A stretch of DNA of 64,000 nt from Lama guanicoe (lineage: Eukaryota). The position numbers and the translations under genes were made by a program. Where the stretch lies: assembly GCA_013239625.1 (NCBI GenBank), contig MU053994.1:2733589-2797588 (forward strand). Direction: 5' to 3'. This document shows, piece after piece, positions 36,680 to 50,550 of this stretch. The notes under the pieces were generated by a model that worked only from the letters and a program-made list of their open reading frames with translations, made no database searches and was not told the DNA's origin. Positions within the stretch are counted from its first letter, which is position 1. Every line of letters begins with the position of its first letter.

Positions 36680-38010
36680 AATTTATACCTTCAGAGAAAA
36701 ATACTTATGTCTCTACTGTTGGATTTAAATACTTCTCAAAACATAAGGAGATTGGCCTATCTACACTACGTCCATGTTTTCCCCCGCTAGGATCTCCAGC
36801 ATTTGATTGGCTAGATCATGATTTCTATCTATATCACCATAGTATATATAACATTCATATGACATTCTATAGTTGCCATAGCCTTTAATGGACCCATTGA
36901 TCACTACTAGTCATTTTGACTTTTATATCTGTTGTTAGAAATTTATCAGGCAGTTGTGTCTTCAAGAAAGGCTCTTGGGAGCAATAAACCTGTTTGCACC
37001 ATTATATTTGGATGGCAGTCTGACTTGGCACACATTCTCTTTCCCTGAAGACTTGGTAGACATTACTCCTCCATCTTCTAATGTTGGTTGCTATTACAGA
37101 GAGACTGGAATCCAGACAATTTTTTGCCCCATTCACAAGTGATTTGGCTTATTTGCAAAAATTCTCATAGGATTCTTTCTTTATCTCTGAAGTCCATTAA
37201 TTTAGTCAGGTTTTGTGTTAAAGTTAGTTGTTCTATATCAGTTTTACCTGGGACAGTTTTGTTCTTTCAAGCTAAAATTCAATTCTTCTTTCTGGAAGCA
37301 CTCTTGAATTATACATTTGAACATTTTTGTTGATGTTGCTGTTCCATTTAATCTATTCTCTTATTCAGAAACACCAATCATACATGTGGTAGATCTTCTT
37401 TGTTCTATGTATCATTTTCTCATTTTCTCTCTAATCCTTTTACACTTTTAAAAACTATTTGTTATATTCTCATTCATTGTACTCACCTTTCTCAAGTATT
37501 TCTTTCATGCTCATGTTTTTTTTTCAGCAATGTCTCTTTTGCTTTCTGCAGTTTCTATTATGACCTTCTTTATTTCTATATCTATATTTATTTATTTCTA
37601 TATTTATTTCTATATCTCTCCATTTCTTTCTTGAACTCTTGCCAGCTCATTTTTATGCCTTTATCTTATTTTTCTTAAGCTATTTTATCTCTGTTTAATC
37701 TCCTAACTCATAGATTTTGTTTTAAGTGTTTTTTTGCATTCCTATATACATCTTTAGTCATGATTTTCCATTTTTTTCCATGGCTCAACTATTTCTGGTG
37801 TGTGCTCTTTGGCTTTCTCTTGGTCATGCACCTTTATTCTTGAGTGTATTTTTGTATAGTTCCTATAATGTCTCCTTTTTATTATTACTAATATTTCAGT
37901 GATGATTGATTTTCTTAGACCAGCTCTTTTGTGAATGCATAAAGGACAAGGTTGTACTCTGAGCAGCAAAACATTTCTGAGGTTCAGAGTATGGAGCACC
38001 TCAAGGTATG
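36680..38010 (-). mobile_element. Very old HAL1/L1ME-like fragment
   Basis: T-rich decayed ORF1-like sequence. Confidence 0.45.
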
Positions 38011-39211
38011 AGGTGAGCTCAACAGAATGAGCTCAATAACAGAATGATGATGACAGAGGAAAGAGATACTAAAGTTAAATGTAGATCAAGAGAAACTGTT
38101 TGATCTGAACAACCAAGAGAAAAAGGATTGAAAAAATTAGTGGAGCCTCAAAGAACTGTGGGATGATAACAAAAGGGCTCACAATTATGTCATCTGAGCT
38201 AAAGGAGAGGAGAATGTGGTGCTGAAAAAAATATTAAAGAAATAGTGACAGAAGACTTCATCAATTTGGTAAAAGACCTAAACCTCTAGAATAAAAAAGC
38301 TTGATGAATCCCCAAGAGATAAGCAAAGATAATTCCATACCCAAGCACTTAAAGCTGATGGAGGAAACTGCTGAAAACTAAAGACAAAGAAAAAAGTCTT
38401 GGAAGCTGACAGAGTAAAACAAGGTAATACCTATCAGGGAACAAGTATTTGAATGACTGCAGTTTATTTATGATAAACCATGGAGATAAGAAGGAAGTGG
38501 CACACATTTTTTGTGTTGAAAGAAAAGTCAGTACAGGATTTTATAGCCAGTGAAAATATCTTTTAGGGATCAAGGTGAAACAATGACATCTTCAGGCAAA
38601 CTAAGAGAAGCTATTGCCAGCATAACAGCTCTAAAAGAATTGCTAAAGGAAGTTATTCAGACAGATGGGAAATAATAACAGAAGGAGTCAAGGAAGAGCA
38701 ATAGAAATGGTAAATATCTGAGTAAATAAAATAGACCAATCTTCTTCTCTCAACTTTTTAATAATATATTTGATAATTGAAAGCAAAAAGAATATCACTG
38801 GTGGAATTTTCAATGTATGTAGACATAGTATGTAAGACAACTGTAACATAAAGAGAGGTAGATAAAGGGACCTATATAGTGGGACCTATATATTCTACTT
38901 GAAGTGGTAAAATACTGACTCAGAGTAGACTGAAAAGTATGTCTATTGTAATCCTAAGAGTAACCCTCCCCCCACACACGAAAAAAACTACACAAAAAGC
39001 TCAAAAATGGGTAAGTTAAAATAAAATGGAAAATGTTCAAATAATGCAAAGAAGACAGGAAACAGAAATAGAAGAACAAAAACCAGAACGAACAGATAAT
39101 AAATAATAAAATAGTAAACCTAAATGCAAGCATATCAATAACTGCATTAAATATAAATGGTCTACACACACCAATAAAAAACAAAGTTTCAAAATACATT
39201 AAGCAAAAACT

Positions 39212-39364
39212 CCACTAGACCTGCCCCAAAAGAGATGCTAAAAGGCATCCTGCATATTGAAATGAAAGGACACTACACATTAACTAAAATCTATATGAAG
39301 AAATAAAAATCTCTGTAAAAGTAAACACATGGGCAATTATTAAAGCTAGTATTATTGTAAAAAT
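39212..39364 (+). mobile_element. TSD-flanked L1 ORF1-end/inter-ORF fragment inserted into ORF2 of the host L1
   Basis: CCACTAGACCTGCCCCAAAAGAGATGCTAAAAGG (ORF1 end) between AAATACATTAAGCAAAAACT (39192-39211) and AAATACATTACGCAAAAACT (39365-39384). Confidence 0.7.
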
Positions 39365-42300
39365 AAATACATTACGCAAAAACTGAGAGAACTAAAATGA
39401 GGTGGGGGGAGGTCCACAATTATATTTGGAGATTTCAACATTCTGCTCCTAGTAATCAACAGAACTAGAAGAAAATCCAGCAGAAACATAGAACTGAACA
39501 ACACCATCAGTCGACTGGATCTAATTGATATTTGTATAACAATCCCCCAAACAAGAGCAGAATACATCCTTTTCAAGTGCACATGGAACATTCATCCAAA
39601 TAGATCACGTCCTGGCTCATAAAACAAAACTCAATACATTTCAAAGAATTAATATCATAGAGTATGTTCTCTGACTATAGTGGAGTCAAATTAGAAGTCA
39701 GTAACAGAAAAATCTCAAATAGGAAATTAAACAACACATTCCTAAATAATTCATGGACCTCAAATGAAATAAGAAAATATTTTCAACTGAACAAAAATGA
39801 AACTATTAACATTTCAAAATTAGTGGGATGCAGCTAAAGAAGTACTTAGATGGATATTTATCAAATATTGCTATTAGAAAAGAAGAAAGATCTCCAATCA
39901 GTAAACTAATCTTCTATGCTAAAAAAAGAAAACTAGAAAAAAAAAAGAGCAAAAGAAACTCAAAGCAAGCAGAAGGAAGGAAATAATAAAGACAAGAGCA
40001 GAAATCAATGAAATAAAACAGAAAATCAATAGAACAAAAATCAATGAAACAGAAAGCTGGTCCTTTGAAAAGATCAGTAAAGTTGATCTGACAAGGAAAA
40101 AGAAAGAAGACACAAACCATCAATATCAGGAATGAAAGAGAGAATATCACTACAGACCCTTCAGGCATTTAAAGAATAATAAAGGAATAGTCTGAATAGC
40201 TCTGTGGACAAAAGTTTGACAAATTAAATGGACCAATTCCTCACAAAAGCAAAAACTATTAAAAAATCACTCAAGGTAAAATGGATAACCTGAATAATCC
40301 AGTAACTATTAAAGAAATTGAATTCATGCTTAAATACCTTTCAAAAGGGAAAGCTCCAGGTCCAGATAGTTTTACTGTCAAATTCAACCAAACATATAAA
40401 GAATAAATAACACCACTTCTAAACAATCTCTTTCAGAAAATAGAACACTTCCTAATTCATTTTATGAAGACAGCATGACTGTGATACCAATGCCAGATAA
40501 AGATATTACAAGGAAAGAAAACAACGTATTAATATCCCTTATGACCATAGACACACACATCATCCAAAAAAATTCGCAAATCAAATATAGGAATATATAA
40601 AAAGAATACCCTGTAATCAAATAGAGTTTATCCCAGGAATGCAAGGCTCATTTAATGTGCAAAAATCTATGTAATCCATCTTATCAACAGAATATTCAAG
40701 AAAAACCACATGATCATATAAAAGAAGACAGAAAAGGTATTTGACAAAAATCAACATCCATTCATTAAAAAAAAAAACCCTCTCAGCAAACTAAGAATAG
40801 AAAGAGACTTTCTCAATCTGATAAAAGGCATTTACAAAACATACTTCAGCAAATATAATTGTTAATGATGAAACGTTGAACACTTTCCTTCTAATATTGG
40901 GAACAAAGCAACAACTACTCCTATTCAGTTTCATACTGGAAGTCCTAGCCAGCACAATAAGGTAAGAAATAGAAATTAAAGGTATATATATTAAAAAGGA
41001 AGAAATAAAACTGGCCTTCTTTACAAGCAACATGGTAGTGTATACAGAAAATCCCAAGAAATCCACAGAAATTTTCTTGTAGGACTCATAAGGGAATTTA
41101 GCAAGGTCACAGGATACAAGGTCAACACACAATATTTTGGTATATTAACAATTTGGCAATCATGTTTCTATATACTAGTAATTTGGGAACCAAAATATTT
41201 TAAATACCGTTTATATAGCTCCAAAGTATAAATCTAACAAATCATGTATAGGATCTGTATACTAAAAACTAGAAATAGCTGATGGAGGAAATCAAAGACA
41301 TAAATAAATACAGTGACATACTGTCTTCATGAACTGGAGGACTCCACAGAGGAAAGATGTCCATTCTACAAAACTGATCTGCAAATGTAACACAATTTCA
41401 ATCAAATTCCCAGCATTTTTTAAAAAGTATAAACAAGCTGATTCTAAAATTCATATGGAAAGGCAAAAGAACTAGGAGAGCTAAAATGGTTTTGAAAAAG
41501 AAAAAAAAATTGGAGGAAACACACTACCTGATTTTAAGACTTCCTGTATAGCTACGGTAATCAAAATGGTGCGGTATTTTGCAGGAAGATAGACACATAG
41601 ATCAATGGAACAGAATAGAGAATGGAGAAATGGACATACAGAAATGTGTACAACTGATTCTCAACAAAGGTGCAAAAGCAATCCAATAGAGGGAAAATTG
41701 CCTTTTCAACATGGTGCTAGAACAACTGTACATCTTTAGGGGAAAGAAAAAATCTCAATCTTATACAACCTTAAACCTCACATCTTATACAAAAATTAAC
41801 TAAAAATGGAACATGGGCTTAAATGCAAAACATAAAACTAGAAAACATTTAGGAAAAACTAGAAGAAAATCTTTAGGATTGAGGGCTAGGCAGATAATCC
41901 TTAGACTTGACACCAAAAGCACAATCCTTAAAAGGAAAAATTGATAAATTGGACCTCATCAAAATTAAAACTTTTTCTCTGTGAGTGATCCTGTCAAGAA
42001 AATGAAAATACAAGCTATAGCCTAGGAGAAACAATTTACAAACCACAAATCTCACCAAGGATCTGTATCTAGAATAAATAAAGAACTCTCGAAACTCAAC
42101 AGTAACAAAACAAACATAAAATGGGCAAAAGACATAAACAGACTTCCACCAAAGATGATATATAGATGGCAAATAAGCACATGAAAAGATGCTCACCATC
42201 ATTGGCTGTTAGGGAAATGCAAAACAAAATCCCAGTGAGATACTACCCCACACCTATTAGACTAGCTAAACAATACAAAATAAAACAAAACAAACACTGG

Positions 42301-42468
42301 CAATACCAAATGCTGCCAAGGACATAGAGCAACGGGAACTATCATTCCCTACTGGTTGGAAGGCAAAATCGTGCAGCCACTCTGAAAAACAGTACAGCAG
42401 TTTCTTATAAAGTTGATCATACTTGCCATATGTTCCAACAATCCCACTTCTAGGTATTTGCCCTAGAA

Positions 42469-43086
42469 CAGGGGGTCACCAAACTACAGTAAGCGGGTCA
42501 AATCAAGCCAAGCATCTACTTTTTTAACATTTTTTTATTGAGTTATAGTCATTTTACAATGCTGTGTCAAATTCCAGTGTAGAGCACAATTTTTCAGTTA
42601 CACATGAACATACATATATTCATTGTCACATTCTCTTTTGCTGTGAGCCACAAAATCCTGTATATATTTCCCTGTGCTAAACAGTACAATCTTGTTAAAT
42701 CTTGTTTTTCTTCATTTTGAAATCCCAGTCTGTCCCTTCCCATCCCCTACCCCCTTGGCAACCACAAGTTTGTATTCTATGTCTATGAATCTGTTTCTGT
42801 TTTGTATTTATGTTTTGTTTTGTATTTATGTTTTGTTTTGTTTTTATTTTTGTTTTTAGATTCCACATACGAGTGATCTCATATGGTATTTTCCTTTCTC
42901 TTTCTGGCTTACTTCACTTAGCAAGCATCTACTTTTGTATGGCCCGTATGCTAAGAATGCTTTTTATAATTTTAAAGAATTGCGTGTTGGTTTTTTTTAA
43001 GAATATGTTACAGAGACTGTATGTGGCCTATCATGCCTGAGATATTTACTATCTGGCCCGTTACATAAAATGTTTGCCAGCCTCTG
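42469..43086 (+). mobile_element. MER58-like hAT-Charlie MITE, split by a young L1
   Basis: Terminal inverted repeats CAGGGGGTCACCAAAC / GTTTGCCAGCCTCTG; 8-bp TSD CCCTAGAA / CCCTAGAT. Confidence 0.85.
42524..42921 (-). mobile_element. Young L1 3' end
   Basis: Same family as 151-623. Perfect 15-bp TSD CAAGCATCTACTTTT (42509-42523, 42922-42936). Confidence 0.93.
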
Positions 43087-44604
43087 CCCTAGATGAACAA
43101 AAGCTTATGTTCACACAAAAATTTGTACATTAACTTTTATATCCCCTCTAATTCTTTTGCCCCAAACTGGAAGCAGCCCAGATGTCTTTCCATTGGCGAA
43201 CGGATTAACAAACTGTGATACATTCATAATAATGAAATTCTATTCGACAATAAAAAGAAATAAACTATTATTACACAGAACAACCTAGATGAATCTCAAA
43301 GGTATTATGCTGAGTGAAAGAAGTCAGTCTCCAAAGGTCATACACTGTGTGAGTCCACTTATATGACATTCTCACAAAAGTGAAATTAAAGAGATAGAAA
43401 ACAGATCAATGGTGTTTGGGGTGAGGGGTTATGACTATAAAGAGACAGCAAGAGGGAGTTTTGGGAGTGACAGAACAATTCAGCACCCCGATTGTGGTGG
43501 TGGTTATACAAATCTATATACGGTTTAAAATTCGTAGCATTGTATACCAAAGAAAAAAGTCTATTTTACACTATGATAATATAGAAATGGAAACAATGGA
43601 AAAATTCAAAGTGGCTAAACATTTGCCAATGTGTAACTTATTTTAAAGTGGCCCATGAAAGAAAATAAAAATTGAAATTAAGCGAATGGTAATAACAGTA
43701 GAACAAAGGCAAGTATGCTGGTGGCATTCAAAGTAAAGTTTAGATAGGTTATTAACCTTTGTCATGTTGTCAACCATTACTAGAGAGATTACACCATGGA
43801 ATATTGCTTACGACAGCAAGGAGATGCTGCAGTGGCTAGGTGGTAAATGTCATGGATCTGGGAGGATGGAGGATCATTAGACGTGCCACAGATGATGTTC
43901 TTCTGTAATATCAACGCCTCTGGAATAGCATCATTAATTAAGACATTTAAAGCTTCACTGAGAATTTGGCACAGGTTAGAATAGTGGCCTCAAGTCATTC
44001 CCGGAAAGCATAAATAGTATTTTCAGTTTTCATAACCAGTGCCTAAAGTGTCACTGTAGAACAGTAACTGTGAACAATGTTCAGCATTCACAGGCAGGCA
44101 CCATGTGGAGCTGGGTTTCTCTGGGGTGAGCCTATCACGGGCCTTAAAAGCACAGGTACCTCTGTTTTTGGAGCCCTATGGTAATGAACACTCTAACATT
44201 ACCTCCAGATGGTGGCAGTGATGAACAATAACTCTAACCCCTCTCATCCAATTAAAGAGTTCCCAATAAGGTTTTGCAAAACAACATGACATTGCCTTTC
44301 TTTGCCATTCAAGGGCATATCTCTCCATCTAGTCTCTCAGAGTCCATTTTTAAAAGTTAGTTGAAATATGGTCCCTTCTAGATGAGAGAACCAAGAAAAA
44401 GGAAACACTGGTCATACATCTCAAAGTCCATCATATGCTCTTTTCAACATACCTGAACCACTACAAGTATCAAGAGAAGAAAATGAATGTATTTTCTTTG
44501 ATATTCATCTAACTGCAAGGGAGGGTGGGAAATGTAGTCTAGCAATGTTTCCAAGAAGAATTAAGCAGTTTGGTGAACAACCAGTCAGTCTTTTGCCACA
44601 AGTA

Positions 44605-44737
44605 AATTAGTGGTGGTGGAGGATGAACTGAGGCGAGACCACTTGAACAACTTTCCCCAAAGGATATTCACTGAGTGATCAATGTTAGCCAAAAATGAAG
44701 ACTGTGAGGCAGAGCCACAAGACATTGATCTCGGACT
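44605..44737 (+). mobile_element. CR1/L3 LINE fragment 1
   Basis: Resembles the CR1 RT region (TTGAACAAC...CCCAAAG...GCCACAAG...CTCGG) and continues at 52138. Confidence 0.5.
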
Positions 44738-47700
44738 TGTTTATTAGTTGAGTCTTCCGGGAAGCAGATGTTAAGACAGAGTTAGGAGTGAGGAGGTTTA
44801 TTCATAGGTAATGCTTGTGAAAGTTAAAAGGGAGAGAATGCAGGCTAGGCAAGGCCAGCTTCAGACTTGACAGGCTCAGCCAACACACTGGGGAGCTCCA
44901 AAGTGACGATTGCCCATTACAGGAGTTCCACGTTGCAGTCACAGCAAGGGTCTAGTTAGTACCCCCACCATAGTCAGACATCGTGTGGGAGCAACCGAGG
45001 AAGAGAAAGGCCTTGGCTCAAAAGCTGAGGCACAGTGATGTCAGCAAAATGGCAGAATACGACCTTCCTTCCTCCCATGGAGACACCAATTCAACAATAC
45101 TTGGATGAGAAATTCTTTTATGAGAAATCCAGGAACCAGTGAAAAGGCTCCTGTACCCTAGGCAAGCAAGAAACCAGCTATATTAAAGCCAGTAGAAAAT
45201 TTTGTGGCATCCTCTCCCGATAGTCCCTCCCCTTGGCACAGTTACATATGATTGTGAGGAAACTTCCAGCTCCTGGCTTCTCCATAGGGAGGGCAAGAAA
45301 AGACCAGACTGTACATCCAACATTCTGACTTTTCAGGAAGGGCTACCCGAGGGACTGGCTTCTGTCTCGCCTCTCTCAGAGCGCTGACAGAATCCAGCAT
45401 AATTTAGATGCCTGGGGGCCGCAGAGAACAACAACAACAAAAAGAGCTGGCAGCATGCTGCTGCCTCTGAGGACCTGCAGTTCAGCAGACAGAGCCTCTC
45501 ACTCAAGGGGCCTTTCCCTCAGGCAGAAAGGGAAGAGTAGAATGTATGTTTAATGTTCCAGTTTTTCAGGGGGCAGCCCAAGGGACTGGTTTCTGTCTAG
45601 CACAACTTGGGGTGCTGACAGGACCTGGCATACTCTAGATGCCTGGGGGGCACTGGGAAAAAAAAAGCTAGGTGGCATGCTGCTGCTTCAGAGAACCCAC
45701 AGTACAGCAGACAGTCACCAGAGTAAGCAAGAGATTTTGAGCTCCTGAATGAAAGAAACAAGCAAGTCTCTTTAATGAGAAATCTACATGTGCAAGTCCA
45801 GAGAAGACACAACCACAGGAAAGGTTTGAGAAGCCCCCAGAATTTCTAGCCAGGTTGATTGGTGAAGGTCTTCCCTTGTACAAAACCAGTCCAAAAAGAC
45901 AGAGAGGTGGCTGTTTTTTCCAATATCAACAGATATCAACACAAAGTTATAATTAACATCAAGAAACAGGGGGAAATCGCCCAATCAAAGGGACAAAATA
46001 AATCTCAAAAAAAAAAAAAGATCCTAAAGAAGTGGAGGTATATGAATTACCTAACAAAGAATTCAAAATAACCATCATAAAGATGTACATTGAGCTCAGG
46101 AAAATGATGCATGAACATAATGAGTTCAACAAAAAGATAGAAAATATTAAAAAGAACCAAAAGAATTTTAGAGATGAAGAATGCAATAAGTGAACTGAAA
46201 AATTCACTAGAAGAGTTCAACATCAGAAAAAAAGACTTGGCAAACTCAAAGATAGTTCATTTTGAAATTATCCAATCAAAGAAGTAAAATGAAAAAGGAT
46301 GAAGAAAGCCTAGGGGATTAATGGGACACCATCGTGTGGATCAATTCAGATGTTATGGTAATCGCAGAAGGAGAAGAGAGAGAAAGAGGGAGAAAGCTTA
46401 TTTAAATAAATAATAGCTGAAAATTTCCCAAGTCTGGGGAAGGAAATAGCATCCAGATCCAAGACCCCAATGGACATATTATAATCAAACTGTCAAAAGT
46501 CAAAGACAAAGAGAGAATTTTGAAAGCAGCAAGAGAAGTGACTTATCACATTGAAAGGAATCCCCCTAAGACTATAAGTGGATTTGGCAGCAGAAACCTT
46601 GTAGGCTGGAAGGGATATATTCAAAGTACTGGGAAAAAACCGCTCACCAAGAATACTATGTCTACCAAAACTGTCCATCAAAAATAAAGTAGAGAAAGAC
46701 TTTCCCAGATCAACAAAAGCTGAAAGAGTTCATCACCACTAGACCAATCTTACAAGAAATGCTGAAGTCAGTCCTTCAAGTTGAAATGCAAACACATAGC
46801 AACACAAAAGCATATGAAAACAGAAAGCTCACTAGTAAGGATAAATATATAGATAAATACAGAATACTGTCATAATGTAACTATGATGCATAAATCACTT
46901 TTAATTGTGGTACAGAAGTTAAAGTACAAAAGTATAAAAATAACTATAATTATAAAAACATGTTAATAGATACACAATATAAGAGATGTAATTTCTGACA
47001 TAAATAACATAAAGTGGAGGGGGGAGAAGTAGAAGGGTAGAGTTTTTATATATGATTAAATTGTTATCAGGTTAAAATAGATCACAACAACTATGAGATG
47101 TTTCATGTAAGTCCTATGGAACCATAAAGAAAATATCTACAGAAGATATGCAAAAGAAAATAAAGGAATCAAAGTATGTCACTACAAAAAAAAATCAATG
47201 AAACTCAAAGGAAGGCAGCAAGAAAAGAAGAGAAGAACAAAAGAGCTACAAGACAAACAGTAAACAGTTATTAAAATGACAGTAGTGAGTCCTTCCCTGT
47301 CAATAACTATTTTAAATGTAAATGGATTAAACTCCTTAAATCAAAAGACATGGAATGGCTGAATGGATAAAAAAAGATCTGATTATATGTTGTCTACAGG
47401 ACTCACTTTAGATTTAAAGGTACACATAGGCTGAAAATGAATGAATGGAAAAAAAAAATATCCCATGCAGATTCTAACCAAAAGAGGGCAGAAGTATCTA
47501 TAGTTACATCAGACAAAATTGACTTTAAGTCAAAAACTGTCACAAGAGACAAAGAAGGACATTACATAATAGCATCACCTCACCAGGAAGATATAACAAT
47601 TATTAACAGATATGCATCCAAATCAGAGCACCTAATTATATGAAGCAAATATTGACAGAACTGAAGGGAGAAATGGATGGCAACATGACAATAGGAGGAC

Positions 47701-49293
47701 ATTTCAAAGCCCACTTTCAGTAATGGGTAGAATATCCAGGCAGAAAATCAACAAGGAAATAGAGGACTTGAACAATACTATGCTCCAAACGGACCTAACA
47801 GATATTTACAGAATATTCCACTCAACAGCAGCAGAATACACATTCTTCTCAAGTGTACAGGGAACATTCTCCAGGATAGATCACACGTTAGGCCAATAAA
47901 ACAAGTGTCAACAATTTTAAGGAGATGGAAATCATACCAAGTATCTTTTCTGATTACAATGGAATGAAGCTATAAATCAATAGCAGAAGGAAAACTGGAA
48001 AATATGCGGAAATTAAACAACACACTCCTGAACAATCAACGGGTCAAAGAAGAAATCAGATATACCTTGAGAAAGATGAAAACTAAAGTACAACATACCA
48101 AAACTTATGGGGTACCAAAAAGCAGTATTAAAAAGGAATATTACAATGATAATCTCCTACATTAAGAAAAGAACAAAGATCTCAAACAAGCAACCTAACT
48201 CTATACCTCAAGGAACTTGAAAAGGAAGAACAAACTAAGCCCAAAGTTAGCAGAAGGGAGGAAAAAATAAAGATTATAGTAAAAGTAAACAACACAGATA
48301 ACAGAAAAACGGTAGGAAAAAAATCAATGGAATTGATGGGTTTTTTTAAAAGATAAACGTAACTGACAAACTTTTAGCTATACTAGGAAAAAAAGAGAGA
48401 AGATCAAAATAAATAAAATCAAAGAGAAGACATTACAACTGATGCTACAGAAATAAAAAAGGATCATAAGAGCCTTCTGTAAACAATTATATACCAACAA
48501 ATTAGATAGCCTAGAGGAAATGGATAAATTCATGGAATATACAACCTAACAACATTGAGTCATGAAGAAATCTGAACAGACCAATAATGAGCAAGGAAAC
48601 TGAATCAGTAATGAAAACCTCCCAGTGGAGAAAAGTCCAGGACCAGATGGCTTCACTGGTGAATTGTACCAAACATGTAAAGAAGAATTAACGCCAATCC
48701 TTTTCCAACTCTTCCAAAAAACTGAAGAGGAGGGAACACTTCCAAACTCATGTTATGAGATGAGCATTACCCTGATACCAAAACCAGAAAGCACAGTACA
48801 AGAAAAGAAAATTATAGGTCAATATCCGTGATGAACATAAATGTAAAAATCCTCAACAAAATTCTAGTAAATCAAATTCAGCAGTACACTGAAAGGATCA
48901 CACACCATGATCAAGTGGAATTTACCCCTGGGATGCAAAGATGATTCAACATATGTGAATCGATGAATGCGATATAGCCACAATAACAGAATGAAGGAGA
49001 AAAATCATGTGATCATTTCAATAGAGGCAGGAAAAGTATTTGACAAAATTTAATATCCCTTTATAACAAAAAGCTCTCAACAAATTAGAAATAATGTACC
49101 TCAACATAAGGAAGGCCATATGTGACAAGCACACAGAAAGCATTATATTCAATGGTGAAAAGCTGAAAGCTTTTCCTCTAAGATTGATGCCCACTCTTGC
49201 CACTTCTATTCAATATAGTACTGGAAGTCCTAGCCAGAGTAAATTATTTCTCTTTATAGATGACATGAACTTATATGTAGAAAACCCTAAAGA

Positions 49294-49321
49294 TACACAC
49301 ACACACACACACACACACACA
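49294..49321. repeat. (CA)n microsatellite in L1 ORF2
   Basis: Direct read. Confidence 0.95.
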
Positions 49322-50550
49322 AAGTATTAGAACTAATAAACAAATTCTGTAAAGCTGCAGGATACAAAATCAACATACAAAAGCCAGTTGCATGTCTATA
49401 CAGTAAGAATGAACTATATGAAAAAGAAATTAAGAAAAATATTTCATTTATAATAGCATTAAAAATAATAAAATACATTAGAATAAATTTAACCAAGAAG
49501 GTGAAAGATCTATATGCTGAATACTATAAAACATGGATAAAAGAAATTGAAGAAGACACAAATAAATGGAAAGATATCCTGAGTTAATGGATTGGAAAAA
49601 TTAATATTGTTAAAATGTCCATACTACCCCAAACCATCTATAGACTCAGTGCAATCCCTACCGAAATTCCAATGGCTTTTTTTTTTTTACAGAAATAGAA
49701 GTCAAACAATCCTACAGCTGATATGAAACAACAAAGGACCCTGAATAGCCAAAGCAATATTGAGAAATAAGAACAAATCTGGAGGCCTCACACCTACTAA
49801 CTTCAAAACATATTACAAAGCTAAAGTAGTTAAAACCGACACATAGAGCAATAGAATGGAATCAAGAGTCCAAAATAAATTTATGCATTTTATGGTCAAC
49901 TGATCTTCAATAAGAGGGTCAAGAATATATAATGAGGGAATGATAATCTTTTCAATAAATGGTGATGGGAAAACTGGATATCCACATGAAAAAGAATGAA
50001 ACTGGATCCTTATATCATACACAAAAATCAACTCAATGGATTAAAGACTTAAACATTAGATTTGAAACTATAAACCTCCTTGGAGAAAATATAAGGGGAA
50101 ATCTTCATGACATTGGTCTTAGCAATGAATTCTTGGATAAGATATCAAAAGCACAGGCAACAAAAGCAAAACTAGACAAGTGGGACTACATCAAACTAAA
50201 AAGCTTCAGCACAGCAAGGGAAAGAATGAACAGAGTGAAAAGTCTGTATGAAATGGAAGAAAATATTTGCAAACCATACACCTGATAAGTGGTTAATATC
50301 TAAAATATATAAGTAACTCATAGAAGTCAATAGCAAAAAATAATTCTGTTTTTAAAATGAGCAAAGGACTTAAATAGGCATTTCTCCACAGAAGACTTTA
50401 CAAATGGCCAACCAGGTATATGAAAAGATACTCAACACCACTAAGAATTGGGGAAATGCAAATCAAAACCACAATGTGTTTTGCCTCAGATCTATCAGGA
50501 TGGACAGTATAAAAATAAGTAAATAACAGAAAATAACAAGAGTTGGCAAG

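Larger units (their letters stand above)
38020..43590 (+). mobile_element. Old L1 (ORF1 remnant, near-complete decayed ORF2, 3'UTR)
   Basis: Endonuclease-region motif GGAGATTTCAACA, AAAGCTCCAGGTCCAGATAG, RT-region sequence and a 3'UTR at 43200-43590. Many stops and frameshifts. Confidence 0.9.

Noticed and set aside
47280..50500. Intact L1 ORF2 or active retrotransposon
   Set aside because: It is broken into short frames, FADD has decayed to FIDD, and it carries a (CA)n and deletions.
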